This document shows, piece after piece, positions 10,224 through 19,149 of a stretch of DNA of 64,000 nt. The notes beneath the pieces are model-generated. The model ran no database searches, was not told where the DNA came from, and worked only from the letters and a program-made list of their open reading frames with translations. The stretch is from Candidatus Dormiibacterota bacterium (GTDB lineage Bacteria > Chloroflexota > Dormibacteria > Aeolococcales > Bog-877): NCBI GenBank assembly GCA_027313505.1, contig DAHVDN010000001.1, positions 43,366 to 107,365 on the forward strand, in the 5' to 3' direction. The stretch's first letter is position 1. The number at the start of each line of letters is the position of its first letter. Made by a program: the position numbers and the translations under genes.

Positions 10224-10350
10224 AGGACACCTGCCATCCGACCGCCCCTGAACCCAAACTAGTTGGCCAGAGTATAGCCCGCCACTACCACTGAGTACGC
10301 AGGTCCCACCGCTCCCTGTCTGTGCTGCCAATGTATCGTGAACTGCAAAC

Positions 10351-11325
10351 ATGAAGGAGACCTTGAGGCGGCTAAAGCTGCCGCGCATGCGTCGGCTGCT
10401 CCCCGCGTTGGTCAGCGTGGGGATCCTGGTCCTGGTCGTGGTGGCCGTAAACCCTCATGACCTGGGGACCGCCCTTTCACATTTTCACCTTGTCTATCTA
10501 CCGGTTGTTCTCGGTCTGGCGATGGCCTACTACGTTCTCAAGGGATGGCAATGGCACCTCTTCATGAAGCCGCTCAAGCTGGATCACGGGGCGCTCGAGA
10601 CCATTTTGATCTACCTGGCGGGCCAGCCGACCTCAATTCTGCCGCTGGGCGAGCTGTCCAGAGCGTTCATCATGCGGCAGCACGCGAAGGTGAATCTGGG
10701 TGAGGTATCCGCAACCGTCGTGGTTCAAGAGGTTCTCTACCCAGTCGGATTGATTGCGGCCGCGGTGCCGGGATCCGGCAGGTTTCCCGGGGCTCAGGCG
10801 GCCGTGGTCACCGCTCTCATCGGCATTCTCGCCATCTCTCTGCTGCTGCTGTGGCCGGCCGCTTTCGCCAGGGTCATGAGCCTCGCCGTAAAGGTGCCGC
10901 TGGTTCGTCGCTTCGAGCCGGACCTCGTGGCGCTGCACCATGATGTGATCTTCATCGCGCGCCGACCGGCGACCCTCATACCGGCGGCTCTTGGGCCGGT
11001 TGCGGCGGTGGTGGCGATCTCGGTCTTCTACTTCACAGTCAGGAGTGTGGGGGTGGAGCTTGGGACCTATCAGGTGGCCTTCGTGTACGCGGTGGCCCAC
11101 CTCGCCGGCGGAATCAGCCTGCTGCCCGGTGGGATCGGCGCATATGAGGGGTCGATGACCTTCCTTCTTATCGCGTTCGGAGTACCGGCGCCGGTTGCCG
11201 CTGCCATCGCCCTCCTGAACCGGGCCTTTGATCGGCTGCTGGTGACCGTTGTCGGCACCGCGGTGTACTTCGCCATCCGCAGGCCGCTCGACCTGCGAGG
11301 CATCACCCTGGCGCCCGACCGATAG
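10351..11325 (+). CDS. Polytopic membrane protein resembling the flippase-like / lysylphosphatidylglycerol-synthase transmembrane-region family (UPF0104)
   Basis: 324 aa with about 8 predicted TM segments. N-terminus LKLPRMRRLLPALVSVGILVLVVVAV...YYVLKGWQWHLFMKPL matches the pattern of that family. Start may be at a later Met (10387). Confidence 0.55.
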   Translation: MKETLRRLKLPRMRRLLPALVSVGILVLVVVAVNPHDLGTALSHFHLVYLPVVLGLAMAYYVLKGWQWHLFMKPLKLDHGALETILIYLAGQPTSILPLGELSRAFIMRQHAKVNLGEVSATVVVQEVLYPVGLIAAAVPGSGRFPGAQAAVVTALIGILAISLLLLWPAAFARVMSLAVKVPLVRRFEPDLVALHHDVIFIARRPATLIPAALGPVAAVVAISVFYFTVRSVGVELGTYQVAFVYAVAHLAGGISLLPGGIGAYEGSMTFLLIAFGVPAPVAAAIALLNRAFDRLLVTVVGTAVYFAIRRPLDLRGITLAPDR

Positions 11326-11368
11326 CGGTAGGCTTGGAGGCCAGAACCGCAAGCCACGGAGGCAGGGT

Positions 11369-12481
11369 ATGAAGGCGATAGCGACCACGCCAGGGAAGCA
11401 GGGCAGCGTCCATCTGGCTGACATCTCGGAGCCCTCCGGAGCAGGGGACGTCCAGAGCAAGGAGGGCAACGAGTCGCCCGGCGTTTTGGTTGAAGTGGTT
11501 GAGGTCGGAGTGTGCGGCACCGACTTGGAGATCGCCAACCAGGGCTACGGCGAGTCGCCCGCCGGCCGAAGTGTCCTGGTCATGGGGCACGAGAATCTTG
11601 GTCGGGTGCTCAAGGTGCCACCTGGGAGTGGGCTCGAGGTCGGTCAGCTGGTCGTAGCGACCGTTCGCCGACCGTGTCCGGAGCGATGCCTTCCGTGTGC
11701 CAACGGCCAGAGCGACGACTGCCTGACAGGCCACTACACGGAGCGGGGGATCAAGGGCCGGGATGGGTATATGGCAGAGCAGTACCTGGAGTCGGAGGAC
11801 TACCTGATTCCCTTGGCCCCGAGGCTCTCCCGGGTTGGCGTCCTGATGGAACCCAGCTCAATAGTGGAAAAGGGGCTGATGCAGGCATACGGCATCCAGC
11901 GGCATCGCTTCCCTTGGGAGCCAAAGCGGGCTTTGGTCTGTGGCGCTGGGGCGATCGGGCTCCTGGCGGCGGTTTTTCTCCGTCTCCGCGATCTTGATGT
12001 CTACCTGGTGGCCAAGGCGGCTGCGGATTCTCGGTCTGCCCGGGTAGCCAGGGAAATCGGGGCGACCCTTCTGGACGCCGACAAGCATCCGGTGGGCGGC
12101 CTTGGCAAGGAGCTGGGCAACTTGGATCTGGTCTTCGAGGCAACTGGGGTCTCTGCGGTTGCGATGGCCGCGATCGCGTCGACGGGCCATGACGGAGTCT
12201 GCTGCCTAAGCTCGGTGACCGCCGGCTCCAGGACTGTGACCGTGGACGCCGATGCGCTCAATTTGGACATGGTTCTGGGCAACAAGCTGGTCTTCGGAAC
12301 CGTCAACGCCAACCGAACCCATTTCGAAGCGGCCGCCCGAATGCTCGGCGCTGCTATCCGACGTTGGCCCGGAGTTGTGGAGGAGCTGGTCAGCCGGCGC
12401 GTCCCCGCTGAGAGCTTTCAGGACGCCTTTGACCGCCGGCCCGACGACATCAAAACTGTCATCACATTTTCCGGAGGGTGA
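11369..12481 (+). CDS. Zinc-containing MDR-family glucose 1-dehydrogenase (archaeal-type GDH-like)
   Basis: Start ATG at 11369 preceded by GGAGG. MKAIATTPGK...VGVCGTDLEI...MGHENLGRV...GIKGRDGYMAEQY parallels Sulfolobus/Thermoplasma glucose dehydrogenase motifs (MKAI, GICGTD, GHE, GIHKMDGFMREW). A Rossmann motif (GAGAIG) is present. Confidence 0.7.
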   Translation: MKAIATTPGKQGSVHLADISEPSGAGDVQSKEGNESPGVLVEVVEVGVCGTDLEIANQGYGESPAGRSVLVMGHENLGRVLKVPPGSGLEVGQLVVATVRRPCPERCLPCANGQSDDCLTGHYTERGIKGRDGYMAEQYLESEDYLIPLAPRLSRVGVLMEPSSIVEKGLMQAYGIQRHRFPWEPKRALVCGAGAIGLLAAVFLRLRDLDVYLVAKAAADSRSARVAREIGATLLDADKHPVGGLGKELGNLDLVFEATGVSAVAMAAIASTGHDGVCCLSSVTAGSRTVTVDADALNLDMVLGNKLVFGTVNANRTHFEAAARMLGAAIRRWPGVVEELVSRRVPAESFQDAFDRRPDDIKTVITFSGG

Positions 12482-12485
12482 GCTG

Positions 12486-13619
12486 ATGTTTCCCCAGTCT
12501 CGAGGGCGTTTCAGCCGTCAGGCACACTGCGACCTTCCAGAGGGGACGATTGAGGAGGAGTTCGCCCGCCAGGGCTTCTTCGGCCCCGCCTCCCACCTGT
12601 ACCACCTACATGCACCCACCGAGTGGCTACGAATCGAAGGGCCGCTCCGCCCGAGAGCCTACGACCTTCGTCAGGTGGCGGCTGCGGACGCCGACGATCG
12701 TCGCGCGCGGATGACCCCGGTGCTGGGAAACCAGGACGTGCGCATTCATGTTTCCCGGCGCAGGGAAGCGATGCCCTACTGCTATCGGAATGCCGACTCC
12801 GACCTCATCTATTTCGTTCACCGGGGCCAGGGCGAGATGCTCACCGACTTTGGGAGGATCGCCTACGAGCAGGGCGATTATCTGGTGCTGCCTCGCGGAA
12901 CCACTCACCGGCTCTTTCCTTCTCAGGGTGAGAGCTTCCTCCTCGTTATCGCGTCGGCCGAGATGCCGGAGCTTCCGCCGGCCGACCGGATGGGGCAGCA
13001 CTCCCCGTTCGACCGCGGGGTACTTCGGCTGCCTGAACTCCCGATGGTGCCGACCCCTCCGAATTCGTCTGGGGAGTGGGAGATGGTGATCGAGCGCGAA
13101 GGCGAGTGGACCAGGGTGTTCTATCCCTTCGACCCGCTGGACACTGTGGGATGGAAGGGAGACCTCAGCGCCTACGCGCTGAACGTTCGGGATATCAGGC
13201 CTGTGACCTCAGGGCGGTTCCACCTGCCCCCGTCGGTTCACACCACCCTGCGGACCTCCGGCTTCGTTCTCTGCACCTTCGCCCCACGCAGGGTGGAGGG
13301 GATTGACGACCCCGGGGCTGTCCGGCTTCCCTTCTACCATCGGAACATCGACTACGACGAGGTTCTTTTCTATCACGCCGGGACCTTCATGAGTCGGGCT
13401 GGAATCGACGCGGGAATGATGACCTGGCACGCCCAGGGGATCCACCACGGACCCCAGCCGAAGGCGATCGAAAGGGACCTGCAGGGGACCAAGACCCACC
13501 ACGATGAGGTGGCGGTGATGATCGACGCGCGACGGCCCCTGCATCCGGAGACAGCGGTTCTCCCCGCTGAAATAGTCGAGTACGCCGAGTCCTGGATGCC
13601 GCTCATGGAAGACGACTGA
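12486..13619 (+). CDS. Cupin-type dioxygenase, homogentisate 1,2-dioxygenase-like (about 378 aa short form)
   Basis: ATG at 12486 preceded by GGAGGG; the listed ORF start is inside the previous gene. N-terminal region EEFARQGFFGPASHLY resembles the HGD N-terminus. A fumarylacetoacetate-hydrolase-family gene follows immediately, consistent with a homogentisate pathway. The family call is not certain. Confidence 0.5.
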   Translation: MFPQSRGRFSRQAHCDLPEGTIEEEFARQGFFGPASHLYHLHAPTEWLRIEGPLRPRAYDLRQVAAADADDRRARMTPVLGNQDVRIHVSRRREAMPYCYRNADSDLIYFVHRGQGEMLTDFGRIAYEQGDYLVLPRGTTHRLFPSQGESFLLVIASAEMPELPPADRMGQHSPFDRGVLRLPELPMVPTPPNSSGEWEMVIEREGEWTRVFYPFDPLDTVGWKGDLSAYALNVRDIRPVTSGRFHLPPSVHTTLRTSGFVLCTFAPRRVEGIDDPGAVRLPFYHRNIDYDEVLFYHAGTFMSRAGIDAGMMTWHAQGIHHGPQPKAIERDLQGTKTHHDEVAVMIDARRPLHPETAVLPAEIVEYAESWMPLMEDD

Positions 13620-13627
13620 GGGTCGCT

Positions 13628-14665
13628 GTGCGTTTGGCCACCGTCGGATTGCGGGGCCCGGTGGGGGAGGTCACCAGGGTCGTGGCCGCCCATTCGGACG
13701 AGGCAAGGGGGGCGCCAAGTCTGATTGACGTCACCGCTGCCGGCGAGTTGTGGTGGTCCAAGGCGGGGTCCGGGGATGCCGCGCGGTGGGCCAGTGCCAC
13801 CTTTCCTCCCGACCTCACGGCTCTGCTTCGAGGAGGGTCGCGGGGCATGGAGATGCTGGCGGAGGCGGTAGGGCTGGCCGCGGCAGCTGAGCCGGGGGCG
13901 ACGAGTCCTTCAGGCGTTCCGCTGCGCTGGCCGGAGCACCTTGTGGAGCGCCGGCCGCTCCTCTCTCCTCCGATGCTGAGGGACTTTTACGCCTTTGAAC
14001 AGCACGTCGCAGCCGGCGCAGCCCGCCGGGGCGAGCCGATTCCTCCCGAGTGGTACCGTCGGCCGGTCTACTACAAGGGCAACCCCTCAACGATCTTGCC
14101 CCCCGGGGAGATCGTTCCCTGGCCCGCCTACAGTGACGCTCTCGATTATGAGTTGGAGTTCGCATGTGTCCTGCTGTCCGGTGGTAGAGATCTCGACGAG
14201 GGTTCCGCCTTCGAGGCCATCGCCGGATACACCATCTTCTGTGACTTCTCTGCCCGGGACATTCAACGCGCGGAGATGCAGGTCCGCTTGGGGCCGGCCA
14301 AGTCCAAGGACTTCGCGAGTGGCCTTGGGCCGTGGCTGGTGACCGCGGACGAGGTACCCGACCCGGATGAGCTGATCGCCGTCGCCTACCTCAACGGGCT
14401 GGAGGTCGCCAGGGGTCGGCTCGGGGATGCCCGCTGGACGTTCCCGGAGATGATCTCCTACGCCTCCGGCGCCGAGCCCTTGGCGGCCGGTGAGGTGGTG
14501 GCGAGTGGGACGGTGGGCGGGGGCAGTGGACAGGAGGTGGGCCGGCTCTTGGAGCCTGGCGACCGCATCGACTGTGAGCTGGTGGGCTTTGGGACCCTGA
14601 GCCACTCGGTGGGTGCTCGCCACGATGGTGGCGGGGGGCTGATCACGAGGGCGGATCCGGGCTGA
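13628..14665 (+). CDS. Fumarylacetoacetate hydrolase (FAH) family protein
   Basis: YYKGNPSTILPPGEIV...DYELEFACVL...GYTIFCDFSARDIQRAEMQ...GPAKSKDF are FAH-fold motifs. GTG start 9 nt after the previous stop. Confidence 0.8.
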   Translation: MRLATVGLRGPVGEVTRVVAAHSDEARGAPSLIDVTAAGELWWSKAGSGDAARWASATFPPDLTALLRGGSRGMEMLAEAVGLAAAAEPGATSPSGVPLRWPEHLVERRPLLSPPMLRDFYAFEQHVAAGAARRGEPIPPEWYRRPVYYKGNPSTILPPGEIVPWPAYSDALDYELEFACVLLSGGRDLDEGSAFEAIAGYTIFCDFSARDIQRAEMQVRLGPAKSKDFASGLGPWLVTADEVPDPDELIAVAYLNGLEVARGRLGDARWTFPEMISYASGAEPLAAGEVVASGTVGGGSGQEVGRLLEPGDRIDCELVGFGTLSHSVGARHDGGGGLITRADPG

Positions 14666-14740
14666 GCGCTGCCAGGGGATACAATCAGGGTTCGGGTCGG
14701 TCACCCGAACGGTGCGGAACATAGAAGTGGAGGTTGGCAG

Positions 14741-15037
14741 TTGGCGCGACGTTCCATGGGTCGCCGCCCCCGGAGGGGCCCCGCGCGCCCCCGCGTCTCC
14801 CGTGTTGCTCCCCCAGAGGAGCAGAAGGAGGAGACGATCGAGCTTGAGGGGACTGTGGTTGAGCCGTTGCCCAACGCGGTCTTTCGAGTTGAGCTTCAAA
14901 CCGGTCAGACGGTCTTGGCCTACATCTCAGGCAAAATGCGCAAGCATTACATCAGGACCCTCATCGGGGACAAGGTTAAGGTCGAGCTGAGTCCCTACGA
15001 CCTGACCCGTGGGCGGATCACCTTCCGCTACAAATAG
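14741..15037 (+). CDS. infA: Translation initiation factor IF-1 with Arg-rich N-terminal extension
   Basis: C-terminal 72 aa ([66 protein letters not shown]) is near-identical to canonical IF-1. The ORF begins at TTG 14741 with GGAGG 7 nt upstream. An alternative start is ATG 14756. Confidence 0.85.
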   Translation: MARRSMGRRPRRGPARPRVSRVAPPEEQKEETIELEGTVVEPLPNAVFRVELQTGQTVLAYISGKMRKHYIRTLIGDKVKVELSPYDLTRGRITFRYK

Positions 15038-15044
15038 CAGAGGC

Positions 15045-15080
15045 TCCCAGGGGGGCGATTCCCGCAACCCCCTTCCGGGT
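15045..15080. terminator. GC hairpin (G6...C5) in the 42-nt convergent gap between infA and the downstream minus-strand gene; candidate bidirectional terminator
   Basis: cccaGGGGGGcgattcccgcaaCCCCCtt is seen directly. No U-tract. Confidence 0.25.
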
Positions 15081-15769
15081 TAGCTTGGGTCGGTAGTCTC
15101 GGTTCCTGGACCAGGTTCGCCCGTGCCGCGTGCGGATGCCACCCGGCCCATCAACCCGGCAGTCCGAGTCGCTTTGCCTTGGAGCGCAGCGCGGCTGCGG
15201 CGCGCCTGGATCTCGGCCAACTTTCGCCGCTCGCGGTCGGCCGACACCCCTTGGCGATCCTCCGGGCGGCGGGTGTCCCAGTGGCGGACGTAGAACGCCG
15301 CCTTCAGGGAGGTGTAGGGGATGGCGAGGATGCGATGGTCCTCGCGACCGGCCTCAACGACGTCCCATACCGCTCCGAAACGCTGCAGAGCTGCGGGTGC
15401 AACCACATGCGCCCGGAATACCTGACCGTCCAGGAAGTGGAGCGCGACGCGGGGCATCTCCTTGATGTCCTGACCCTCCTCCAGCAGGGGGACCGAGTTG
15501 GCGTCGATCTGGCGCACCGCGCTCACTGGAACCAGCGCCTGGCGAGTGTTTCCGTCAAGGGTGTGAAGCTCCACTTCCAAGAAGGGGTCATCCATGTGCA
15601 GCACCGGAACCTCCCCGTACAGGGTCTCCCCGTCCAGGAAGGAGATGATCACCTCCGGCATGCAGCACCCCTGGGCAATCCGATCTCCATCTGCCAGCTT
15701 CTCCCACCCGTCATCGGACCGTTTGGCCAGCGTAACTTCATCGCTACCTCCTGGCTCCCCTGACCGCAC
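15080..15769 (-). CDS. Hypothetical protein with an internally duplicated about 60-aa module (repeat motif hFLDGxxhxxxV)
   Basis: 229 aa. Two similar segments: VIISFLDGETLYGEVPVLHMDD and VALHFLDGQVFRAHVVAPAALQ. The tail is Arg-rich. No recognisable Pfam-type motif. GTG start, uncertain. It is divergent from the GGDEF gene. Confidence 0.45.
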   Translation of the reverse strand: MRSGEPGGSDEVTLAKRSDDGWEKLADGDRIAQGCCMPEVIISFLDGETLYGEVPVLHMDDPFLEVELHTLDGNTRQALVPVSAVRQIDANSVPLLEEGQDIKEMPRVALHFLDGQVFRAHVVAPAALQRFGAVWDVVEAGREDHRILAIPYTSLKAAFYVRHWDTRRPEDRQGVSADRERRKLAEIQARRSRAALQGKATRTAGLMGRVASARGTGEPGPGTETTDPS

Positions 15770-15905
15770 GCGGGCAGGCTACGGTGGGGACATCATAGGG
15801 CGGGTGCCGACAAACGTTCTTGAGGCTGGCCCTCCACCAAGGGCCCGAGACACCAGGTTAGGCCGTGCACCCGGTAGCGCCACCGGAGGCATCTCGTAAC
15901 CGCAG

Positions 15906-18023
15906 TTGGCATCACCGCCTGAGTCCAGACGCCGGCCGCGCCGGCCGTCGTTCACCTTCCAATTTGCCGTGATCCTCATCGTGGTGGGGATCGCGACCGC
16001 AGTCGCTGCTGCTGCGGTCGCCTGGTATGAGACCCAGAACGCGGGAGCGCAGCAGCAGCTGGAGGCTGCCAGTGGTTCTGCCCGGCTCGGCTTCAGTCTG
16101 GTGCGATTGGAGTCGGCGACGGTCAGCTCGGGCCTGGCCTGCCAGCTCGGGGCGCTTCCTCAGACCACCGCGTCGTTTGAGCAGGGAGTGTCCGCGCTGG
16201 GCCATCAGGCGGCTCTCGACGCCACCTCGACCCGAGCCCACGTGGTCGCGTATCTGGGACCGTCGGCGGAGGTGCTCGCCGGCTCCACCGGTGGTGCGCC
16301 ACTGGCCTCACTGAGAGCCACGGCGACGGCGGCAATTGGGGGTGGTTTCCTCTGCGGGTCTGGTGGAGCCTTTCTTGCCTGGGGTTCAGGGATATACGGG
16401 GTCGCAATCTCCAAGGTGGCGGCTGGTGGCAAGGTCCTTGGCTATGTGCTGGTTCTGACGCCGGTGAGTGCCGACACTCTGCGTTTCGCTGGTCAACTGC
16501 TCTCGTCCGGCGGCACCCCCACCCAGCTCCTGCTGGTGTCGGCCGGGCGATACGTTTTCGGCGGCACCGCTGGTGGCAGTACCCAACGAGCCGGCAGCGT
16601 GGCGTCCAGCACGGTTCTGACGGCAATCGCCGGGCCCAAGGCGGTGGGAGCCATCTCCGCTGGCGGCCGGCGGTTCACGGCCGCGGGTCAGCTCCTGCGG
16701 GGGAGCCAGGGCCGCCAGGTGGCGACTCTGGTGGTGGTCCAATCGACGACCGCGGTGGCTCCCACCGCCAGCCAGCTGGCGGTGCCGGTCGCCTTGGCGG
16801 TGGCGTCGGTCCTGCTGGTGGGGATGATGCTGGTCTTCGTTCTCGCAGAACGCTACCTGAATCGCCCGTTGCGGCGTCTCAACGAAGCGGTGCAGCGCCT
16901 TGGCCAGGATGTTTACGCAACCCCGGTACAGATCGACGGCGCTGAGGAGGTCACCAGACTCGCGGCAAACTTTGAAATCATGCGACGCCAGCTACGTCAC
17001 CAGCTGATGCTGGCGCTGGGGCGGAGCGTCATCGCGTCCACACTGACGGGAAATGTGGCGCTTGAACAGGCCCTGAGCCAGGTCCTGAAGAGCCTGTGCC
17101 CTTTGCTGCACACCGAGATCGCCATGGTCCTGCTCCGAGCCCAGGACCCTGCAGGCCCGAACTTCCTCATCACCTTCGGCGTGGCGGAGCCGGATCTGGA
17201 GTGGTCGGAGCTCGAGCAGAGCGAAGGAATATTAGGGAGACTCCTGCGCGAACCCAGGTTTGTGGCCCGATCTCTCCTCAACAGCTCCGAGCGCGGACCA
17301 CTGGAACAGCGCATCGGATTGCGCGACTGTCTGGCGGAGCCGTTGGAGGTCGAGGGCAGGAACATCGGGGTACTGATCGTCGCCAACAAGCGAGCTCCGT
17401 ATGTGGAGGAGGACACTGCGATCTGTCGCGCCGTGGCTGGCCAGATGGTGACCGCGGTGAACAAGAGCGTGCAGTTGGTGGTGACTCGGCGTGAGGCAAC
17501 CACCGACGCCATGACCGGCCTTTACAACTATCGCTTCTTGGTCGGCTACCTGGATCAACAGGTCAATGTTGCGGAGCGCGCCAGTGCGAGCTTGTCGGTG
17601 TTGATGCTGGACCTCGACCACTTCAAGTCGGTGAATGACAGCTTCGGCCATCCAACCGGGGATAAGGTGCTGCGGGCGGTGGCGGCGATGGTGCTCGACA
17701 CAATCCGCAAGTCGGACCTGGCCGCTCGCTATGGAGGCGAGGAGTTCGTGGTGGTGATGGCCAACACCGGTCGCGAGGAGGCCCACCTGGTGGCGGAGAA
17801 GATCCGCCAGGCGGTCGCCACCATGGAGGTCCCGTGCGAGGACGGGAACGTAGTTCAGATCACGGTCAGCATCGGCGGTGTCAGCTTTCCCGAGGGAACC
17901 CGTGGAGCGCGCAATCTTCTGGATCTGGCGGATCGCGCGCTCTACCACGCCAAGCGCGCCGGTCGCGACCGGGTGGAGTTCCTGGACGCCGCCGTCACCC
18001 ACGAGAGCACTCCTGGCGGCTGA
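15906..18023 (+). CDS. Membrane-anchored diguanylate cyclase (sensor domain + TM + HAMP + GAF + GGDEF)
   Basis: C-terminus GLYNYRFLV...LDLDHFKSVNDSFGHPTGDKVL...RYGGEEFVVVM...RALYHAKRAGRDRV is a canonical GGDEF with the active GGEEF motif. An N-terminal TM is followed by a sensor region of about 280 aa, a second TM and a HAMP-like RRLNEAVQRL segment. Confidence 0.85.
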   Translation: MASPPESRRRPRRPSFTFQFAVILIVVGIATAVAAAAVAWYETQNAGAQQQLEAASGSARLGFSLVRLESATVSSGLACQLGALPQTTASFEQGVSALGHQAALDATSTRAHVVAYLGPSAEVLAGSTGGAPLASLRATATAAIGGGFLCGSGGAFLAWGSGIYGVAISKVAAGGKVLGYVLVLTPVSADTLRFAGQLLSSGGTPTQLLLVSAGRYVFGGTAGGSTQRAGSVASSTVLTAIAGPKAVGAISAGGRRFTAAGQLLRGSQGRQVATLVVVQSTTAVAPTASQLAVPVALAVASVLLVGMMLVFVLAERYLNRPLRRLNEAVQRLGQDVYATPVQIDGAEEVTRLAANFEIMRRQLRHQLMLALGRSVIASTLTGNVALEQALSQVLKSLCPLLHTEIAMVLLRAQDPAGPNFLITFGVAEPDLEWSELEQSEGILGRLLREPRFVARSLLNSSERGPLEQRIGLRDCLAEPLEVEGRNIGVLIVANKRAPYVEEDTAICRAVAGQMVTAVNKSVQLVVTRREATTDAMTGLYNYRFLVGYLDQQVNVAERASASLSVLMLDLDHFKSVNDSFGHPTGDKVLRAVAAMVLDTIRKSDLAARYGGEEFVVVMANTGREEAHLVAEKIRQAVATMEVPCEDGNVVQITVSIGGVSFPEGTRGARNLLDLADRALYHAKRAGRDRVEFLDAAVTHESTPGG

Positions 18024-18047
18024 GGTCGGCGCACGCGAACCGATAGC

Positions 18048-19097
18048 ATGGTTGCGGTAGTGGAAAAGATCATCGACCTGCGTAGCGACACCGTGACCCG
18101 TCCCTCCGCCGGTATGCGCCAGGCGATGGCGGCGGCCGAAGTTGGAGATGATGTCTTCGGCGAGGATCCAACCGTCCGTGCGTTGGAGGAGGCCATCGCC
18201 AACTTGTTGGGCAAGGAGAGCGCGCTCCTCTGTCCCAGTGGGACCATGTCCAACCTGATCGCCATCGCCGCTCTAACCGAACGGGGCGACGAGGTCTTGG
18301 TCGACGCTGAGGCACACATCCTGCATTACGAACTGGCCGGGAGTGCGGTCGTGGCAGGGGTTCAACTGCGTAACTTCGACGCCCCCAACGCCGGATGCCC
18401 GTCGCCATCTCAGCTTGACTCCCTGCGGCGCTTGGCAGACCCGACTCACGAACCAGCCTGCACCCTGCTCTGTCTGGAGCAGACCCACAACCGTCGCGGT
18501 GGGAGTGTCGCGCCATTAGTCGATCTGAAGGCCGCCCTGCACCATGCTCACTCCATGGGGCTCATGGTGCACCTTGATGGGGCTCGGCTGGCCAACGCGG
18601 CTGCCTATCTGGAGCTCGGGCTCAGTGAGCTTGCGGGTTGCGCGGACACTGTCAACTTTTCCCTGTCCAAGGGCTTGGGCTGTCCCGCCGGGTCGGTCTG
18701 GGTCGGCCCCAGCAGCGTGCGCCAGCGGGCCCACATTTGGCGCAAACGATTGGGGGGTGGGATGCGCCAGGTGGGTGTCCTTGCAGCCGCCGGTCTCTGG
18801 GCGTTGGAGCACCAATTGCCCCACCTTAATGAGGACCATGAAAAGGCGCGGCGGTTGGCTGATGGCCTGGCCGAGATCCCTGGGTTCTCTGTTGACCCCG
18901 CCACCATTCAGACCAACATTGTTCTCATGGAGACGGAGTCACCTGCCGACTTCGTCCTCGCCGCCGCCGAGTCGGTGGGGGTGAAGATGGTGGCGTTCGG
19001 GCGGCACACGGTGCGTGCCGTGACCCATCTGGACGTCACCGCAGAGGAGATGGACGAAGCAGTCGCCAGACTGCGCGGCGTAGTACCTGGGAAATAG
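18048..19097 (+). CDS. ltaE: Low-specificity L-threonine aldolase (PLP-dependent, beta-eliminating lyase fold)
   Basis: IDLRSDTVTRPSAGMRQAMAAAEVGDDVFGEDPTV...SGTMSNLIAIAA...FSLSKGLGCPAGS are hallmark threonine-aldolase motifs, including the PLP lysine context. Confidence 0.85.
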   Translation: MVAVVEKIIDLRSDTVTRPSAGMRQAMAAAEVGDDVFGEDPTVRALEEAIANLLGKESALLCPSGTMSNLIAIAALTERGDEVLVDAEAHILHYELAGSAVVAGVQLRNFDAPNAGCPSPSQLDSLRRLADPTHEPACTLLCLEQTHNRRGGSVAPLVDLKAALHHAHSMGLMVHLDGARLANAAAYLELGLSELAGCADTVNFSLSKGLGCPAGSVWVGPSSVRQRAHIWRKRLGGGMRQVGVLAAAGLWALEHQLPHLNEDHEKARRLADGLAEIPGFSVDPATIQTNIVLMETESPADFVLAAAESVGVKMVAFGRHTVRAVTHLDVTAEEMDEAVARLRGVVPGK

Positions 19098-19149
19098 AAG
19101 AGGGAGCGGACACACGGCCCGCTCCCTCATTAGCGCCTAACCTTGTCGC

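Noticed and set aside
10633-11538. Minus-strand 301-aa ORF across the flippase-like and glucose dehydrogenase genes
   Set aside because: It spans two convincing plus-strand genes and their intergenic region. The product is low-complexity and R/H/G-rich.
12252-12485. Upstream extension of the dioxygenase-like ORF into the glucose dehydrogenase gene
   Set aside because: The extension overlaps the 3' end of the dehydrogenase in another frame. The ATG at 12486 with a GGAGGG RBS gives a product of family-typical length.
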